A DNA stretch of 64,000 nt, taken from the NCBI GenBank assembly GCA_963821535.1, contig CAWGEC010000012.1, positions 72,725 to 136,724 on the forward strand, written 5' to 3'. The notes under the pieces are model-generated. The model worked only from the letters and a program-made list of their open reading frames with translations. It was not told the origin of the DNA and did no database searches. Below, one piece after another: positions 20,163 to 30,340 of this stretch. A program made the position numbers and the translations under genes. Position 1 is the stretch's first letter. Each line of letters opens with the position of its first letter. Source of the stretch: an uncultured Actinomycetes bacterium (GTDB lineage Bacteria > Actinomycetota > Thermoleophilia > Gaiellales > JAICJC01).

Positions 20163-22472
20163 TCAGAGGTTTCGGAGCGCCGGCCCGAGCGCCTGGCGAT
20201 CCTCGAGCACCGGCTCGTAGAGGTCGCCGCGGTCGGCGATCCGCCCGAGCACGACCCCCATGGTGAAGTGCTCGGGCTCGAGCTCGGGCGTCAGCTCGTC
20301 CCACTCGACCGGCGTCGACACAGGCGCGCCCGGCCGCGGCCGCACCGAGTAGACCGAGGCGATGGTGCGGCCCGGCCCGTTCTGGTTGGAGTCGATGAGA
20401 ACACCCTTGCGGCGGGCCTTTGACCACTCGGTGGTGATCAGCTCCGGATGTGACTCGGCGAGCGCCCGGGCGAGGGTGGCCGACAGCTTGCGCGAGTCGT
20501 CGTACCCGTAGCGGCGTGCGAGCGGAACCAGGACGTGGATGCCGTCGGAGCCGCTCGTCTTCGGGTAGCCGCGCAGGCCCACTGCGTCGAGCGCGACCTT
20601 CACGAGCCCCGCCGCCTCGACCGCGCCCTGGAAGCCGACCTCCGGCGTCGGGTCGAGGTCGAAGAGCACGAAATCGGGCCGGTCGGGCTTGTCGGCCCGC
20701 GAGTACCAGGCGTTCATGTCGATGCAGCCCATGTTCGCCATCCAGACGAGCGCCGCCGGCTCGTTCACGAGCGGGTAGTTGATCATCCGCTTGCGCCGGT
20801 CCTCGCGCGACGTTGCCGGGAAGGCGGCCGTCGGGATCCAGTCGGGCATGTGCTTGGGTGCGTCCTTCTGGAAGAAGTGGCTCTTGGCGATCCCGTCGGG
20901 ATAGCGCTTCATCGTGAACGGCCGGTCGCGCAGGTGCGGGACGAGCACGCCGGCCACCTCGCGGTAGTAGTTGATGAGGTCGCCCTTCGTGATGCCCTCG
21001 TCGGGCCAGAACACCTTGTCGAGGTTCGAGAGCGGCGGCTCCGGGCGGCCGTTTGCCGCCCGCACCTTCGCCGGCCGCTCGCGCTTCACCGCGCTCGCGG
21101 GCTTGTCGTCACGAAGCCCCATATAGACGGGCGCGCGCAACCGCTCGTCCGACGTCCACTCCGCGAACTCCACCTCGCACACGAGCTTCGGCTCGACCCA
21201 GATGACGTCGGTCGTCCGCACGCGAGGCATGCGCGGTACCTCGGCGAGCGGGCAGGTGTCGCGCCGGAGCGGGTCGAGCAGGTCCTGGAGCCGGTCGAGC
21301 TCTCGGTCGTCGAACCCCGTCCCGCAGTTTCCGACGTAGACCAGCCCGTCATCGCGCTGCACGGCCAGGATGAGCGCGCCGATCCCCTTGGAACGGCGGC
21401 CCTTCCCGAGCGTGTACCCGGCGATGATGAACTCCTGGCGTTCGCGCGACTTCACCTTGAGCCACGCGCCGCCGCGCTTCCCCTGTTGATAGGTGCTCCC
21501 GGCACGTTTGGACACGATTCCCTCCATCCCCAGCGCTCGAACCTGCTCGAGCAGGCTCTGCCCGTCCTCGAAGGCGACCGACAGGCGCACGACCGGGTTG
21601 CCGGGGATGAGCGTCTGCTCGAGAACGGCGCGCCGCTCGACCAGCGGACGGCCGGTCAGGTCCTCGCCGTCGAGCTCGAGGATGTCGAAGAGGTAGACGA
21701 CAAGCGAGCCCTCGCCGCGCTGGAGCAGCCCGAACTTGGCGTGGCCCTCCTTGTCGAGCGCGCACACCTCGCCGTCGAGGACGCAGTCGGCGCTCCGGAG
21801 CGCGCTCGGGAGGGCGCGGGCGACCTCGGCGAAGCGCTCGGTCAGGTCGTTGCCGTTTCGGCTGCACAGGGTCGCCTCGCCGGCGTGCACGGTCGCAATG
21901 GCGCGGAAGCCGTCGAGCTTCACCTCGTGCAGCCAGCCCTCGCCATCGGGCGGCTTCTCGGCAAGCTGCGCCAGCATCGGCCTCGGGACGCGCCCGTTCC
22001 CGGCGGCGCTCCCGTCCTTGCGCACGAGGAGCCAGTTCTTGGGGTCGCCGTCCATCTTGGCCGGGATGAGCGTCCAGAGCCCGTTCAGGCGCGAGCCGTG
22101 GAGCTCGACGGTGAGGCCGCCGTCGCGCTTTCGCTCGACGACGTCGTACGTGCCGGTGTCCCAGATCTCGACGGAGCCGGCCCCGTACTCGCCGGCCGGG
22201 ATCTCGCCCTCGAATGTGGCGTACTCGAGCGGGTGGTCCTCCACGTGCACAGCGAGCCGGCGGTCGCCGCGGCGCATCGGCACGCCCTTCGGCACCGCCC
22301 AGCTGCGCAGCACGCCGTTCTCCTCGAGGCGGAAGTCGTAGTGCAGGCGGCGGGCGTCGTGGCGCTGGACGACGAAGATCGGCTTGTCCTTCGCCTTGCC
22401 GCGCTTGCCGCCGAACGGCTCGGGCGTCTTCTTCGGGTCGCGCTTCTTCTTGTAGGACTCGAGCGGCGGCAC
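20163..22472 (-). CDS. ligD: ATP-dependent DNA ligase LigD (phosphoesterase - ligase - polymerase/primase domains)
   Basis: Intact 769 aa. The PE domain is FVVQRHDARRLHYDFRLE..GVLRSWAVPKGVP. The ligase adenylation motif is HEVKLDGFR. The C-terminal LigD polymerase domain includes FTMKRYPDGI...DLDP...GIHVLVPL. Confidence 0.9.
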   Translation of the reverse strand: MPPLESYKKKRDPKKTPEPFGGKRGKAKDKPIFVVQRHDARRLHYDFRLEENGVLRSWAVPKGVPMRRGDRRLAVHVEDHPLEYATFEGEIPAGEYGAGSVEIWDTGTYDVVERKRDGGLTVELHGSRLNGLWTLIPAKMDGDPKNWLLVRKDGSAAGNGRVPRPMLAQLAEKPPDGEGWLHEVKLDGFRAIATVHAGEATLCSRNGNDLTERFAEVARALPSALRSADCVLDGEVCALDKEGHAKFGLLQRGEGSLVVYLFDILELDGEDLTGRPLVERRAVLEQTLIPGNPVVRLSVAFEDGQSLLEQVRALGMEGIVSKRAGSTYQQGKRGGAWLKVKSRERQEFIIAGYTLGKGRRSKGIGALILAVQRDDGLVYVGNCGTGFDDRELDRLQDLLDPLRRDTCPLAEVPRMPRVRTTDVIWVEPKLVCEVEFAEWTSDERLRAPVYMGLRDDKPASAVKRERPAKVRAANGRPEPPLSNLDKVFWPDEGITKGDLINYYREVAGVLVPHLRDRPFTMKRYPDGIAKSHFFQKDAPKHMPDWIPTAAFPATSREDRRKRMINYPLVNEPAALVWMANMGCIDMNAWYSRADKPDRPDFVLFDLDPTPEVGFQGAVEAAGLVKVALDAVGLRGYPKTSGSDGIHVLVPLARRYGYDDSRKLSATLARALAESHPELITTEWSKARRKGVLIDSNQNGPGRTIASVYSVRPRPGAPVSTPVEWDELTPELEPEHFTMGVVLGRIADRGDLYEPVLEDRQALGPALRNL

Positions 22473-22475
22473 GCT

Positions 22476-23213
22476 CTAGGAACGCGCGAGGGCCCGGGGC
22501 GTCTCTGTCGCGATCATGTCGGCGCCCGCGTCGACGGCCCGCGTGAGCCGTTCGCGCCAACGCGCGGTCGTCGTGTCGAGGGCGCCCACGCTCAGTCTCA
22601 TGCCGAGGCGGTGGATCAGGGCGGCGTCGATGACGCCCTCGTCGAGCATCGCCTCGAACGTCTCCAATCGCAGGTGCACCTCACGCGCGCCGGGCACGAG
22701 CCGGATGGCGTCGACGAGCCGGGGCGCGAGGCGGTCGGGATCGCGGCCCAGGTAGAGCGCCGGCGCGAAGCCCACCCGCAGGTCGGGCGCGACGGCGCGC
22801 AGCCGGCGCAGGTTCCAGTCGGCCCGCCCCGTCACCACGATCCGCTTGGCGACCGGCGCGACCAGGCGGGCGAGCTCCTCTGTTCGCGCCCATGTGAGCG
22901 GGGCCGTGCCGACCAGTCGCAGCTCGACCGTTGTCGGGCCGGGCACCGCGGCGATGAGGGCCACGATGTCGCGCAGCCGCGGCGGGCGGTCGTGCACGGT
23001 CGGCGGCAGGAGGCCGCGGCCGGCCACGAACCCGAGGCTCTTCACGACGTGCAGGTCGATCGCGACCCGCGCGACCGGGGCCCGCAGGCAGGATTCAAGG
23101 GCGGCCAGCGAGTTGGGCGGGTCGTCGCCCCAGCTCGCCCGGCGGGCGGTGAGCGGCACGTCGCGCTCCGCGCCCGCGAGCACGGAATCGGGGTGCGGGG
23201 CGACGTTCGGCAC
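22476..23213 (-). CDS. glycerophosphodiester phosphodiesterase (GDPD)-like family protein, divergent
   Basis: Intact 245 aa. PPNSLAALESCLRAPVARVAIDLH resembles the ENSL..A...G...E.D N-terminal GDPD motif. The assignment is tentative. Confidence 0.45.
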   Translation of the reverse strand: MPNVAPHPDSVLAGAERDVPLTARRASWGDDPPNSLAALESCLRAPVARVAIDLHVVKSLGFVAGRGLLPPTVHDRPPRLRDIVALIAAVPGPTTVELRLVGTAPLTWARTEELARLVAPVAKRIVVTGRADWNLRRLRAVAPDLRVGFAPALYLGRDPDRLAPRLVDAIRLVPGAREVHLRLETFEAMLDEGVIDAALIHRLGMRLSVGALDTTTARWRERLTRAVDAGADMIATETPRALARS

Positions 23214-23271
23214 AGGCGTACCGTACGCCAGGAAGGTCGGGCCGTCCAGAGCCCCTTTCCGGGAGCGAGCC

Positions 23272-23820
23272 CTACCCGACCAAGCGGCCGATCAAGCCGC
23301 CGCGCTTCGCCGGCTCGGCGGCCGGCTCGACCGGGGCGGGCGCGGTGACCTTACAGACCGCGCGGCCGTTCTTCTCGACGTAGCGCTGGTGGTAGTCCTC
23401 CGCCGGCCAGAACGTCGCCGCGGGGACGATCTCGGTCACAATCGGCTTGCCGAGATGGGTCTGGGCCGCGTCGCGCGAGGCCTCGGCGGCCTGGCGCTGC
23501 TCATCGGAGTGGAAGAAGATCGCGGAGCGGTACTGCGAGCCGATGTCCCAGCCCTGCCGGTCGCGCGTCGTCGGGTTGTGGATGCTCCAGAAGAGCGCGA
23601 GCAGCCGCTCGTAAGACACGACGTCGGGGTCGAAGGTGACCTCGACCGCCTCGGCGTGGCCGGTCTTGCCCGTGCAGACCTGCTTGTAGGTCGGGTTCTC
23701 GGCCGTGCCGCCGGTGTAGCCGGACACGGCGTCGCTCACGCCCTCGACCTCGCGGAACGAGTGCTCGACACCCCAGAAGCAGCCTGCGGCGAACGTCGCC
23801 TTCTGCATGAGTCTCATCAT
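23272..23820 (-). CDS. msrA: peptide-methionine (S)-S-oxide reductase
   Basis: [15 protein letters not shown]...GYTGG...[19 protein letters not shown]...[14 protein letters not shown]. The catalytic GCFWG motif is present. The start may be the internal MQKATF at 23808. Confidence 0.9.
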   Translation of the reverse strand: MMRLMQKATFAAGCFWGVEHSFREVEGVSDAVSGYTGGTAENPTYKQVCTGKTGHAEAVEVTFDPDVVSYERLLALFWSIHNPTTRDRQGWDIGSQYRSAIFFHSDEQRQAAEASRDAAQTHLGKPIVTEIVPAATFWPAEDYHQRYVEKNGRAVCKVTAPAPVEPAAEPAKRGGLIGRLVG

Positions 23821-23890
23821 CTCCTCAAGAGGGTTTCTCGAATTGTAGGCACTGGTTCAGTCTCGCGGGCGGGCCAGGCGTTACACCAAC

Positions 23891-23933
23891 AACCGGGGCC
23901 GGGCCCCGTACGGGGCCGGCCCCACGGGGTTCA
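23891..23933. repeat. REP-like double palindrome, copy 3 (CCGG variant)
   Basis: AACCGGGGCCGGGCCCCGTACGGGGCCGGCCCCACGGGGTTCA. The TCA at 23931-23933 is the stop of the upstream minus-strand flavoprotein gene. Confidence 0.85.
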
Positions 23934-26000
23934 TGCCGAGACGAGCGTCTGAGCCGGGCGCTCGCGCAGGTGCGGCAGCGGCATCGCCGGGTCGGGCGAG
24001 TCGATCTCGCGGGCCAGGCGGTGGCCGTCCCAGATCGCGTCGGCCAGAAGCCGCGGCGCGACGCAGTCGCCGACCCGGTAGAGCGCGTCGAGGCCCGCGG
24101 CGCGGAGCTCGAGGAAGAGCCGCTCGTCGGAGACGCGCTGGGTGACGAGGACGACGGCGTCGCACTCGATCTCGAACGGGTCGCCGAGCGTCGTCTCGCC
24201 GCGGAGGCCGCCCGGCTCGACGGCCGACACGGCGCACTCCGCGCGCATGCCGATCCCGATGTCGTGCAGGTGCTGACGAAGCAGCGGGCCCTCGAGCGTC
24301 TCATCGCAGAACGGCGCGACCTTCTCGCACGACGTGACGAGCTCGACCGCGTGGCCCTCGCCGGCCAGGAGCTCTGCCATCCCCGCGCCCATGAAATAGC
24401 CCTCGCAGTCGTAGACGACCACGCGCGACCCGGACGGCGGCCGCTTGCCGGCGAGCATGACCTGCTCCGGCGTGAGGACGTGGACGAGCGAGGCATCGGC
24501 GCCGGGGATCGGGCCGCGGGTGACGCCGTTCAGGCCGTCCGTCGCCCAGGGCGCCCCCGTCGCGACCACGACGATGTCGGCACCGGCCGCCCGCACGGCC
24601 TCGGCATCCATCCGCGTCCCGGTCTCGATCTCGACGTTCGGGAGCTGGGCGAGCTGGCCCAGCCGCCATTCCCGCAGCCTCCCCCACTCCGAGAGGCCCG
24701 GCAGGCGCGGGACCCAGCGCGTGATGCCGCCCACCTCCTCGGCGGCGTCGACCAGCCGCACCCGCTGCATTCCCCGCCGGCCGAGCACCATGGCGCACTC
24801 CATCCCGGCCGGCCCGGCGCCGACCACCAGCACGTCGGAGTCGGCGTTGGCGGCGCGGTCGAAGCGCTCCGGGTGCCAGCCGCGGCGGTGCTCCTCGCCC
24901 GCGGTCGCGTTCTGGGTGCAGGCGATGTGGCGGCGGTTGTCGCCCTTCGAGATGCACATGTTGCAGCCGATGCACGCGCGGATATCGCCCAGCCGGCCCT
25001 CGTCGATCTTCCGCGGCAGCCACGGGTCGGCGATGTTGGGCCGCGCGGCGCCGATGAGATCCCACGCGCCCGACTCGACGATCTCGAGCATCCGGTCGGG
25101 CGTCGTCAGCCGGGCCACCCCCACGATCGGCTTGGCCGTCGCCTCGCGCACCTTGCCGGTCCATTCGAGCTGCCAGCCCTCGGCGAAGAAGCGGGACGCG
25201 CCGGAGTCCTTCGACCACTCCTCGATCGAGCCGATGTGGACGTCCCACAGGTCGACGAGGTGGTCGGCGAGCCGCACGAACTCGAGCCCCTCGTCGAGCT
25301 CGATCCCGGCCCCGCCGACGGCCGAGATCGCCACCCGGCAGGCGATCGCGCAGTCCGAGCCGACCGCCTCGCGCACCGCGGCGAGCGTCTCGATCCACAT
25401 CCGGGCTCGGTTCTCGAGCGAGCCGCCGTACTCGTCGTCGCGCTGGTTGTAGAACGGCGAGAGCATCTGGCCCAGGAGGTAGGAGTGGCCGCCGTAGACG
25501 TAGACGATGTCGAAGCCGGCGTCGCGCGAGCGGATCGCGGCCGTCACCCAGTCGGACACGATCCGGTCGATGTCCCACCGCTCCATCCGCTTCGGCGTGA
25601 TGTTCGAGAAGTCGCTCGCGATCTGCGAGGGCGCCGGCGGCGGGAGGCGGGTCTCGCAGTTCTCGCCGTGCGCGCCCGAGTGCGAGAGCTCGATCCCCGC
25701 CAGCGAGCCGTGCTTGTGAGCCTCCTCGGGGACGAGCCGGAGGTGGGCCAGGTCGTGGTCGTCCCACATCCGCGCCGAGATGAACGGCGTCTCGTCGGCG
25801 TCGGGCGAGACCGTGCAGTACTCGGTGCAGACCGCCGCCCAGCCGCCCTCCGCCTTGACCGCGCGGTGAGCGGCCTGCGACCACGGCTTCTCGACGCCGA
25901 AGCCGGTGCAGTGGGGCACCTGGTAGAAGCGGTTTCGCAGCGTCTTCGGACCGATCTCGACCGGCTCGAAGAGGATGTCGTAGCGCGGGTCACGCGGCAT
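23931..26000 (-). CDS. FMN/[4Fe-4S]/ADP-binding oxidoreductase of the trimethylamine dehydrogenase / 2,4-dienoyl-CoA reductase / N-methylproline demethylase (StcD) family
   Basis: Intact 689 aa. It has an OYE-like N-terminus (LRNRFYQVPHCTGF), a Cys cluster CIGCNMCISKGDNRRHIAC, and the dinucleotide fold VLVVGAGPAGMECA. Confidence 0.8.
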   Translation of the reverse strand: MPRDPRYDILFEPVEIGPKTLRNRFYQVPHCTGFGVEKPWSQAAHRAVKAEGGWAAVCTEYCTVSPDADETPFISARMWDDHDLAHLRLVPEEAHKHGSLAGIELSHSGAHGENCETRLPPPAPSQIASDFSNITPKRMERWDIDRIVSDWVTAAIRSRDAGFDIVYVYGGHSYLLGQMLSPFYNQRDDEYGGSLENRARMWIETLAAVREAVGSDCAIACRVAISAVGGAGIELDEGLEFVRLADHLVDLWDVHIGSIEEWSKDSGASRFFAEGWQLEWTGKVREATAKPIVGVARLTTPDRMLEIVESGAWDLIGAARPNIADPWLPRKIDEGRLGDIRACIGCNMCISKGDNRRHIACTQNATAGEEHRRGWHPERFDRAANADSDVLVVGAGPAGMECAMVLGRRGMQRVRLVDAAEEVGGITRWVPRLPGLSEWGRLREWRLGQLAQLPNVEIETGTRMDAEAVRAAGADIVVVATGAPWATDGLNGVTRGPIPGADASLVHVLTPEQVMLAGKRPPSGSRVVVYDCEGYFMGAGMAELLAGEGHAVELVTSCEKVAPFCDETLEGPLLRQHLHDIGIGMRAECAVSAVEPGGLRGETTLGDPFEIECDAVVLVTQRVSDERLFLELRAAGLDALYRVGDCVAPRLLADAIWDGHRLAREIDSPDPAMPLPHLRERPAQTLVSA

Positions 26001-26055
26001 GGGCCGCCGACTCTACCCCGGCCCCCGGCGCGACCGCCGGTACGATCTTCCTGAG

Positions 26056-27117
26056 ATGGCCGTCGCCCCCGACCGGATCGTCGACGTCTCCGGCTCGGGC
26101 CGGGAGCGTGGCCGGGCCCACGGCGAGGCGCTGCGCGACCGGATCGGCGAGGCCCTCGAGCGATGGGACGCCGAGGTGGCCGAGCGGATGGGCATCCCGG
26201 CCGCCGAGCACATGGCGGGGCTGCTCGGCGCCACGCGGTTCCTGCCGGCGATCGAGTCGCAAACTCCCGAGCTGCTCGAGGAGGTGCGCGGCATCGCCGA
26301 GGGCGCCGGGGCGTCGTTCGAGCGGATCCTGGCCTACAACCTGATGGACGAGGAGTGGTGGTACTCGCAGGCTCGCGGCCACCGGCACGCGTGCAGCGTG
26401 GTGGCGATCCCGGCCGGTGAGGGCCGCGGAGCGCTGCTCGCCCAGAACATGGACCTCCCCGAGGTGATGGACGGCGGCCAGACCATCCTTCGCTCGACCG
26501 CACCGGACGGAGGCCGGACGGTCGTCCTCACAGCGGCGGGCATGATCGGCCTGACCGGCTGCAGCGCGGACGGCCTCGGCGTGTGCGTGAACACGCTCTC
26601 GATGCTGAACCACTCCAGGGAGGGGCTCCCGGTCGCGTTCGTGGTGCGGGGGCTGCTCGAGCGCCGGTCGCTGGCCGGAGCGGAGGCGTTCCTGCGCGCC
26701 GTCCCGCACGCGTCGGGCCAGCACTACGCGATCGCGAGCGACGGCGACGTCGCCGGGTTCGAGTGCTCGGCGGGCGGTGTCGTCGCATCCGACGGCGGCG
26801 AGGGCCGCTTCTGGCACACGAACCACCCCCTCGCGAGCCGCGACCTCGACCCGGCCGACGACGATCCGGCCGGAACCGCCGACTCACGGCACCGGCTCGC
26901 CCGGCTCGCCGAGACGGGCCCCGACATCGAGTCGACCGACGACTGCGAGCAGCTCCTGGCCGACAAGCGCGCGCCGCTCTGCGTGGCTCCCGAGGCCGAG
27001 CACAGCTGGCTTACGTTCGGGTCGATCGCGATGGAGCTCTCGTCGCCTCCGTCGGTGCGGATCGCACCGGGCCCGCCCGACCGCACGGCCTGGATCGACG
27101 CCTCGCCGGCGGCCTAG
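26056..27117 (+). CDS. C45 family peptidase / acyl-CoA:6-aminopenicillanic-acid acyltransferase-like Ntn hydrolase
   Basis: Intact. GRAHGEALRDRI...HACSVVAI (candidate nucleophile Cys) ...LLAQNMDLP...GLTGCSADGLGVCVNTL. Confidence 0.6.
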   Translation: MAVAPDRIVDVSGSGRERGRAHGEALRDRIGEALERWDAEVAERMGIPAAEHMAGLLGATRFLPAIESQTPELLEEVRGIAEGAGASFERILAYNLMDEEWWYSQARGHRHACSVVAIPAGEGRGALLAQNMDLPEVMDGGQTILRSTAPDGGRTVVLTAAGMIGLTGCSADGLGVCVNTLSMLNHSREGLPVAFVVRGLLERRSLAGAEAFLRAVPHASGQHYAIASDGDVAGFECSAGGVVASDGGEGRFWHTNHPLASRDLDPADDDPAGTADSRHRLARLAETGPDIESTDDCEQLLADKRAPLCVAPEAEHSWLTFGSIAMELSSPPSVRIAPGPPDRTAWIDASPAA

Positions 27118-27180
27118 CGACAGCGAGCCGCGACCGGCGCCAGATAGTCACGAACGCGCGAATTCGCACGACACACGTAT

Positions 27181-27212
27181 CACGGGGTCTGACCCCCGTT
27201 CGGGCCAATGTG
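27181..27212. repeat. degenerate REP-like copy (GGGGTCTGACCCC variant)
   Basis: CACGGGGTCTGACCCCCGTTCGGGCCAATGTG. It lies between convergent gene ends. Its reverse complement shares CATTGG...GGGGTCAGACCCCGTG with the hairpin at 59206-59240. Confidence 0.5.
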
Positions 27213-27232
27213 CGAATTGGTGCGGGTCTGCG

Positions 27233-28036
27233 CTAGTTCGCGGTGATTCGTTGCGAATCGCGCTGCGATGCGCCGCGGGCGGCCTCGGCGTAGGCGCGGG
27301 CGGCGGCGACCAGATCCTCGAACGGCCGCAGGAAGCGCTCGTCGCCGCGCCACATGAGCTCGTTGTGCCATTGGGTGCCCGCGGCGAACCCCTTGCCGTC
27401 GGCGCGCTCGAGCGTCTCGATCACCCCGTCCGCCGCGTGCACCGTCGCGCGCAGGCGGGCTCCCGGCTCGCTCACGCACTGGTGATGGAACGAGTTGACG
27501 CGCGCCGGGCCGCCGTCGAACCAGCGCTCGGCGCCTGAGCCGGTCGCGACCTCGACGTCGTGCCAGTGGTCGCCCGGCGGCTCCAGCGCCAGGTCGACCC
27601 ACGGCTGCCGGTGCCGCAGGGCGTTGGGATGGATCGTCTCGACGTCCTGCACCAGCGACCCGCCGTCCGCGACCGCGAGCACCTGGATGCCGCGGCAGAT
27701 CCCGAGCACGGGCATGCCGCGGTCGAGCGCCCGCCTCACGAGCTCGATCTCGAACTCGTCCTGCTCGGGGCGAAACGTCTTCGTGAGCGGGTGGCGGTCG
27801 TGCCCGTAGTGAGCGGGGTCGACGTCGGCGCCGCCGCACAGCTCGATGCCGTCGATGATGTCGAGCAGGTGGTCGATGCGATCGGGGGGCGTCGATCGGG
27901 GGAGCGCCAGCGTCGTCGCGCCGAAGCGCTCGAGCGGCTCGCGCAGCCCCGGCTCGACGTCGCGCAGCATCGGATCCTCGATCTCGATCGTGTAGCCGAT
28001 CACGGGCGCGTTTCTCATAAGGTATTCATAAGGCAT
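27233..28036 (-). CDS. class I glutamine amidotransferase-like gamma-glutamyl-gamma-aminobutyrate hydrolase (PuuD / peptidase C26 family)
   Basis: This is the C-terminal 267 aa of ORF 27233..29182. GMPVLGICRGIQVLAVADGG carries the nucleophile Cys and FHHQ is present. The start is the ATG at 28036 or 28018. Confidence 0.75.
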   Translation of the reverse strand: MPYEYLMRNAPVIGYTIEIEDPMLRDVEPGLREPLERFGATTLALPRSTPPDRIDHLLDIIDGIELCGGADVDPAHYGHDRHPLTKTFRPEQDEFEIELVRRALDRGMPVLGICRGIQVLAVADGGSLVQDVETIHPNALRHRQPWVDLALEPPGDHWHDVEVATGSGAERWFDGGPARVNSFHHQCVSEPGARLRATVHAADGVIETLERADGKGFAAGTQWHNELMWRGDERFLRPFEDLVAAARAYAEAARGASQRDSQRITAN

Positions 28037-28060
28037 TCCCGACCCCGGAGGCGAAGCCAA

Positions 28061-30340
28061 GTGGCGACAGCGGAACAGACGAAGTTCATCCGGCCGGACG
28101 GCAAGGACAAGGTTACGGGCCTCGGCCGCTACACCGCCGACCTGACGATGACCGGGATGCTGCACGCGTGCTTCCGCTACGCCGACCACGCGCACGCCCG
28201 GATCCGCTCGATCGACACGTCGCGCGCACGGGCGCTGCCCGGCGTCTTCTGCGTCCTCACCCAGGACGACGTCCCCGACGTCCGCTACGGCCCCTTCGTC
28301 GAGGACCGCACGCTCTTCGCCCGCGACGTCGTGCGCTACGAGGGCGAGGTCGTCGCCGCGGTGGCGGCCACGACCCCCGAGATCGCCCGCGAGGCGGCCG
28401 CGCTGATCGACGTCGACTACGAGCCGCTTCCGGTCGTGAGCGACGTCGAGGCTGCGCTCGCCGACGGGGCGACGCTCGTCCACGAGGGCTGGTCGGGCTA
28501 CTCGGCCTCGGAGGATGTCGTCCGGAAGGACAACGACGCCTCCCGCTCGACGATCGTGAAGGGCGACGTCGAGGCAGCGCTGGCGTCGGCCGACGAGGTC
28601 GTGAAGGAGCGCTACGTCGCCGACATGTCCCACGCCGTCCCGATCGAGCCCCACGCGGCGGTCGCCCAGTGGCAGGGGGACAGGGTGACCGTTTGGTCCT
28701 CGACCCAGGTGCCCTACATCGCCCGCTCGGGCGTCGCGACGACCCTCGAGATGCCCGAGGGCCATGTCCGCATCATCGTCCCGCATCTCGGCGGCGGGTT
28801 CGGCGGGAAGTGCGAGTTCCACTACGAGGCGCACGTGGCCGCCCTGGCCCGCGCCACCGACCGCCCGGTCCGGCTCGTGTTCTCGCGCAGCGAGGAGTTC
28901 ATCGCCCCCGACCACCGCCGCGAGGGCCAGGTGATCGAGCTCGAGACAGGCGTGATGCGCGACGGCACCATCGTCGCCCGGCGCGGCCGGCTCATCCTCG
29001 ACAACGGCGCCTACAGCGCCGACGCCCCCTTCTTCCCGCAGCTCGCGGCGATGCACGCCGTCGGCCCCTACCGCATCCCCAACGTCTCGGTCGACGCGAG
29101 CCTGGCGTACACCAACACGACGCCGTCCGGCTCGGTGCGCGCCCCCACCGCCCCGCAGGCGTGCTGGGCCGTCGAGCAGCACATGGACTCCGTCGCCGCG
29201 GCGATCGGGATGGACCCGGTCGAGCTGCGCCGCAGGAACATCCTGAAGGAGGGCGACACCACCGCCACCAACCAGGTGCTCGAGCCGATCGGCGCCGCCG
29301 AGACGCTGGAGCGCGCCGTCGAGCTGATCGGGTACGGCAAGGACCTGCCCGAGGACGAGGCGATCGGCGTCGGCTGCGGCTGGTGGCCGTCGTTCGGCGG
29401 CCCGTCCGGGGCGTTCGTGAAGCTGAACGGCGACGGCTCAGGCACGATCATCACCGGCGCGCAGGAGTGCGGAACAGGCGCGGTGATGGCGCTCCCGCTG
29501 CTCGTCGCCGAGGAGCTCGGGATGCGTCCGCAGGACTTCTCGATCCTCGCCCAGGACACCGACGCGGGCGGCTGGGACGCCGGGGCGTCCGGCTCGCAGA
29601 CCACGTTCAACAACGGCCGCGCCGTCATCGAGGCGGCCCGGGAGGTGCGAGCGCAGCTGCTCGAGCTGGCCGAGGAGGAGCTCGAAGCGAGCCGCGAGGA
29701 CATCGAGCTCGTCGACGGGGTGGCCCGGGTGAAGGGGTCGCCGACCAAGTCGGTCCCGATCACGGCCCTGGCCGAGAAGGCCCAGGGCGACAGGCTGCTC
29801 CTCGGCAAGGGCTCCGGCTCGCCGCCGCCGTCGCCCGACGTCGACGCGTCGGGCTGCACCGGCCGCCTCGGGCTCGAGACGTTCGCGGCGCCGACGTTCA
29901 TCACGCACGCCGTCCGCGTCAGGGTCGACCGCGAGACCGGCGTGTGCCGCGTGCTGGAGGTGGCCGCGTCGCACGACTGCGGCGTCATCCTGAACCCGGT
30001 CGGAGCCGAGGGCCAGGTCGAGGGCGGCGTCGTGATGGGCATCGGGATGGCGATGCTCGAGGGCTCGATCATCGGTGAGGACGGCAGGCAGCGAAACCCG
30101 CACCTGCTCGACTACAAGCTCCAGACCTCGGCCGACGCGCCGCCGATCTCGATCGCGTTCGTCGACGCCCCCAGCCCCTACGGCGGGCCGAAGGGCTCGA
30201 AGGGGACCGGCGAGCCTCCGTGCGTGCCGACCCCCGGCGCGATCGGAAACGCGATCGCCCAGGTGACGGGCGCGCGTGTGCACCAGCTGCCGATGACGCC
30301 GGAGCGGGTGTGGGCGGCGGCGCACGGGGTGGACGCATGA
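28061..30340 (+). CDS. xanthine dehydrogenase family molybdopterin-binding large subunit
   Basis: The GTG at 28061 is preceded by GGAGG with 9-nt spacing. Motifs include FIRPDGKDKVTGLGRYTAD, HLGGGFGGK and GSVRAPTAPQACWAVEQHMD. It lacks the AYRCSFR CODH loop. Intact. Confidence 0.85.
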   Translation: MATAEQTKFIRPDGKDKVTGLGRYTADLTMTGMLHACFRYADHAHARIRSIDTSRARALPGVFCVLTQDDVPDVRYGPFVEDRTLFARDVVRYEGEVVAAVAATTPEIAREAAALIDVDYEPLPVVSDVEAALADGATLVHEGWSGYSASEDVVRKDNDASRSTIVKGDVEAALASADEVVKERYVADMSHAVPIEPHAAVAQWQGDRVTVWSSTQVPYIARSGVATTLEMPEGHVRIIVPHLGGGFGGKCEFHYEAHVAALARATDRPVRLVFSRSEEFIAPDHRREGQVIELETGVMRDGTIVARRGRLILDNGAYSADAPFFPQLAAMHAVGPYRIPNVSVDASLAYTNTTPSGSVRAPTAPQACWAVEQHMDSVAAAIGMDPVELRRRNILKEGDTTATNQVLEPIGAAETLERAVELIGYGKDLPEDEAIGVGCGWWPSFGGPSGAFVKLNGDGSGTIITGAQECGTGAVMALPLLVAEELGMRPQDFSILAQDTDAGGWDAGASGSQTTFNNGRAVIEAAREVRAQLLELAEEELEASREDIELVDGVARVKGSPTKSVPITALAEKAQGDRLLLGKGSGSPPPSPDVDASGCTGRLGLETFAAPTFITHAVRVRVDRETGVCRVLEVAASHDCGVILNPVGAEGQVEGGVVMGIGMAMLEGSIIGEDGRQRNPHLLDYKLQTSADAPPISIAFVDAPSPYGGPKGSKGTGEPPCVPTPGAIGNAIAQVTGARVHQLPMTPERVWAAAHGVDA

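Noticed and set aside
20535-23348. Very long ORFs antisense or out of frame to recognised genes. Examples are 20535..23348, 23970..26054, 27560..28060 (leader of the Mo subunit ORF), 36820..38928, 38925..40799, 40598..42385, 43254..46544, 43469..46411, 52130..54397 and 56343..58553.
   Set aside because: Their translations are Arg/Ala/Gly/Pro-rich low-complexity strings with no recognisable motifs. They overlap ORFs that have clear family signatures on the other strand or frame. Stop-poor shadow frames are expected at about 70% GC.
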